A program made the translations under genes and the position numbers. This document shows, piece by piece, positions 62,001 to 64,000 of a stretch of 64,000 nucleotides of DNA. Under the pieces are notes generated by a model. It made no database searches. It worked only from the letters and a program-made list of their open reading frames with translations, and was not told the DNA's origin. The stretch is from an uncultured Noviherbaspirillum sp. (GTDB lineage: Bacteria > Pseudomonadota > Gammaproteobacteria > Burkholderiales > Burkholderiaceae_D), in contig CBHCMF010000001.1 of the NCBI GenBank assembly GCA_965974465.1, positions 6,962 to 70,961 of the forward strand. Direction: 5' to 3'. Positions within the stretch are counted from its first letter, which is position 1; every line of letters begins with the position of its first letter.

Positions 62001-63034
62001 GCGGGCGTATGCCATTGTCGGCCTATCTTGATGCACTCGCCAAGTTGAAAGCGAAGTTCGCGCAGCTTGCCTCTAATGCTGAATCCGACGCCGCAGCGCG
62101 TCAGCTGATGCAAGCCACGTTGAACGGTAGCGGTTCGGAATTGGTTGAGGCATTGACATTGGTCGATAACGTGCTCTTGGCAAATGCGTCCGAAGATACC
62201 AAGGAAATAGCGCGGCCTTTGCTTGTACGCCCGCTGGTTCAGGCCTATGCAACGCTGATCCCTCTGGTGGAGCGGGATATCAATCGTGCTTGGCAGTCCG
62301 AAGTCCTGAATTCGTGGAAAACCTTGGCGAATAAATATCCGTTTGCAGACTCCTCTAATGAGGCTTCTATGGCGGACATTGCAAAGTTCCTTAAGCCGGG
62401 AGAAGGCATCCTGTCGAAATTTATTGATAAGAACCTTGCAGGCTTGGTTTCGCGCCGCGGTGATTCGTTTGTGCCTCGCACGTGGGCGAATTTGGGGGTT
62501 TCCTTCAATCCGGCATTCCTCAGTGGTGTTACGCGCCTATCAAGTGTAGGAAATGCTGTGCTGCACGAGGGTGATGGTGCCAAATTTGAGTTGCAGCCCA
62601 TTCCCACGCCAGGACTCAGAGAGATTCTGATTGAGATTGATGGTCAGGTGCTCCACTATCGTAACGGGCCACAACCATGGACCGCGTTTTCCTGGCCGAA
62701 CGCCGCCAATCCGAATGCGCACGGTGCTCGTATCCAGGCAGTCTCATTCGCAGGTGTATCCACCTCTGTCGCAAACTTTAATGGTCGCTTGAGCTTGATG
62801 CGCCTGCTTTCTCAGGCGAGAGTGGATAATCCGACAAGTCCTACTGTACAACTCGAATGGCGTTTCAGGAGGGGCCGCTCTGGTCAGGATATGGCATCCC
62901 TGAACAGCCCCACGGGTGGAAACGACGGCGAGTCAGATGTGGTGCGTTTCAATTTCCGGATGGTGAGCGGTGCAAACCCGCTGTCATTGTCGGGGTTGCG
63001 ACGTATGTCCTTGCCAGAAAAAATCACTAATTAA
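59060..63034 (+). CDS. tssM: T6SS membrane subunit TssM (IcmF)
   Basis: LYELPWYMIIG..AAGKS, LDTAGRY, PVNGIL, PIYLIFTKLDLLGGF, LRGFYFTSALQEG, VPGAFT, YPF. Confidence 0.95.
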   Translation: MWKWLRNAKLASALGFLILIALIWIIGPYLGLASKEARFAWIFCVMLVWVISLLVGRILAERAGNVLEKFLRRQADEAVMGATPDRRAEVTRLRQRMLSAIDTLKTSNIGKARGKAALYELPWYMIIGHPAAGKSSAILHSGLTFPFGDKQAVQGVGGTRDCDWFFSTEGVLLDTAGRYSTQREDRAEWLEFLKLLKKHRSKAPVNGILVAISFPELVQFRSEQFALYARQVRERINEIDNAFGIKVPIYLIFTKLDLLGGFAQFFEDLTEEERQQVWGATLSHDQGNEFDAPRVVCQQFDELYRGLAQIGAEKLANNRGNAKRPALFAFPIEFNAMRTSIGKFVELLFQDDPYHSKPLLRGFYFTSALQEGAPRIAAGNRVSSLFDLSKPGFDAAQLPTSNSFFLNKLFREVLFPDQHLITRQISGGTGRTRIAGIAVGLSALALLTGALTWTYIGNYKMVTLATEELIVARDLAKSDELVDRLKALQVLQLRLEQLYQYRKEGHPLRLGMSLYQGAKVERVLRAEYFAGVRSLMLEPVAANLEHRLAGLHTQPEPKPVPQPAVAATEPVQVPQNTPPKRNIRPKRSTGRSLPVIPIGHALSEEAQPLVPVNALFQFTGKPEFVLAQAPGFPLDRRVVNVREAAGMAMQNATNAAANTGARAEAAPAGRTSEGNPLEEGYNALKTYLMLKQKERMDMSHLSDQIPKYWRTWLDANKGKGSQEEVNRLAERVVAFYVSQIGEPDLPLIENREDLVATSREVLRGALHKLSARERVYNELKARANTQFAPMTVGRILNNTSATVVAGSYAVPGAFTREAWEKYFRNMILEASKGEVKGDDWVLAATTADNLGKDGDVERNRAELEALYKADYVREWTKFLQGVAIQDFGTLENTAQALAQLSDAQSSAIKLILTKAAYETAWDNPSQLTTSIESARNSVISRTEKLVFGSTPAQPQPQGAIQMGEVGRKFAGIAALTTPAEGGRMPLSAYLDALAKLKAKFAQLASNAESDAAARQLMQATLNGSGSELVEALTLVDNVLLANASEDTKEIARPLLVRPLVQAYATLIPLVERDINRAWQSEVLNSWKTLANKYPFADSSNEASMADIAKFLKPGEGILSKFIDKNLAGLVSRRGDSFVPRTWANLGVSFNPAFLSGVTRLSSVGNAVLHEGDGAKFELQPIPTPGLREILIEIDGQVLHYRNGPQPWTAFSWPNAANPNAHGARIQAVSFAGVSTSVANFNGRLSLMRLLSQARVDNPTSPTVQLEWRFRRGRSGQDMASLNSPTGGNDGESDVVRFNFRMVSGANPLSLSGLRRMSLPEKITN

Positions 63035-63046
63035 GGAGCGGGCACG

Positions 63047-64000
63047 ATGAAGGTTTTGCCTTTCAAACGCCCGGAAGCAGGGGCTTCGGCGACATATACG
63101 TTGTATGGAAAACTGCCAAACCGCGCCGACTTCGTGCGGGTCAACGCCGATCATGCTGCGGCAACAGAGTTTGATGAGCTGATTCAGCGCACTTTTGAAC
63201 GTCTCGCTTGTGAAAGAGATTGGGAGAAGGCATATGACGCAAGTGCGCCAGTGGCATTCCAGTATGTGTCACGTGATCTGCGCCATACACTTCTTGGTGT
63301 TCTGTCGCCAAGTAGTGATCAGGCTGGACGCCGGTATCCTTTAGTGGCGGGTGCTATTTTGCCTAGCGACTCAATCGCCGGCTATGCACATATTGCTCCC
63401 ATCGCTTACGAAGTATTTTTTGATGGATTGCGCGAACAAGTCAGCACAGCAGTCGAGAACTCAGTTGAGGCGCTCTCCTGCCGGCAGTTCCTGGAATCCC
63501 AATTGCGCGCAAGCGATACTGCCACCGCCGATTTCGAGTTGGCACAGAGCGTCGTTTCTCGCTTCATGAAAACAACAAGTATCACTAGGTTAAACGATCT
63601 GCTCGCGGGGGGTACTTACTCGTCAAGCCTTGAGCAAGCCTTGCTCAACTTGGCGTTTTACCGTGCCTTTTTGCGGCGGTTTGATAACCCTGCAACAAAT
63701 CAGGTAATCGTCCTTCCGCTGCCTGTAGATAAAGGAGAGCGTGCGTTAGTGGCGAGTGCGTGGCTGTCTATTCTGGCTGCCCTGTGGCAAGGCGCAATCA
63801 ATAGCGAGCCGTGGCGCGGAAATTACATGATGTTGGAACTGTCATCGGAGACCGTCGTGCTTGCGGCCTGTTTCGGTAGAGCGCACGAGAAGTTTGCGAC
63901 GATTATGCTCGGTGGCAGTTTGGAAACCGCTTCTCGCCTGGACTTGCATAGTGAACAGGATGCGTGGAAAAACCACCGTCTATATGCCGAAGTATCGTAC
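63047..64000 (+). CDS. tagF: T6SS-associated protein TagF (partial, runs off the right edge)
   Basis: Read by hand from ATG 63047 (RBS AAGGAG): YGKLPNRADFV ... SSDQAGRRYPL. Confidence 0.88.
   Translation, partial: MKVLPFKRPEAGASATYTLYGKLPNRADFVRVNADHAAATEFDELIQRTFERLACERDWEKAYDASAPVAFQYVSRDLRHTLLGVLSPSSDQAGRRYPLVAGAILPSDSIAGYAHIAPIAYEVFFDGLREQVSTAVENSVEALSCRQFLESQLRASDTATADFELAQSVVSRFMKTTSITRLNDLLAGGTYSSSLEQALLNLAFYRAFLRRFDNPATNQVIVLPLPVDKGERALVASAWLSILAALWQGAINSEPWRGNYMMLELSSETVVLAACFGRAHEKFATIMLGGSLETASRLDLHSEQDAWKNHRLYAEVSY

Overview
Betaproteobacterial chromosomal window; gene content suggests Burkholderiales/Oxalobacteraceae (inference). From left to right it holds opgGH, two ATP-grasp-type ligases converging around an alpha/beta hydrolase and a small acidic ORF, a hybrid histidine kinase, a TonB-like protein, an HDAC, and the nhaR-hpf-zinc-finger-AI-2E cluster. 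An AT-rich accessory block follows at about 19.3-23.0 kb. It reads as an integron-type array of six gene cassettes with an attI-like site, five attC-like hairpins (two sharing the same non-canonical ATT core), a second internal attI-like junction, and no integrase in the window. After it come a split Cache + MCP chemoreceptor, a MazG-like enzyme, a membrane metallophosphoesterase, Crp/Fnr, REC and USP genes, the tandem cyanophycin synthetase locus with divergent ABC exporter and DUF1854, a run of stress-type genes, aroG, ettA and rarD. The window ends in a type VI secretion cluster (tssL, tssK, tssJ, TagX-like M15 peptidase, tssM, partial tagF). No rRNA, tRNA or CRISPR array was seen. Family assignments come from recognising motifs by eye, not from database searches.
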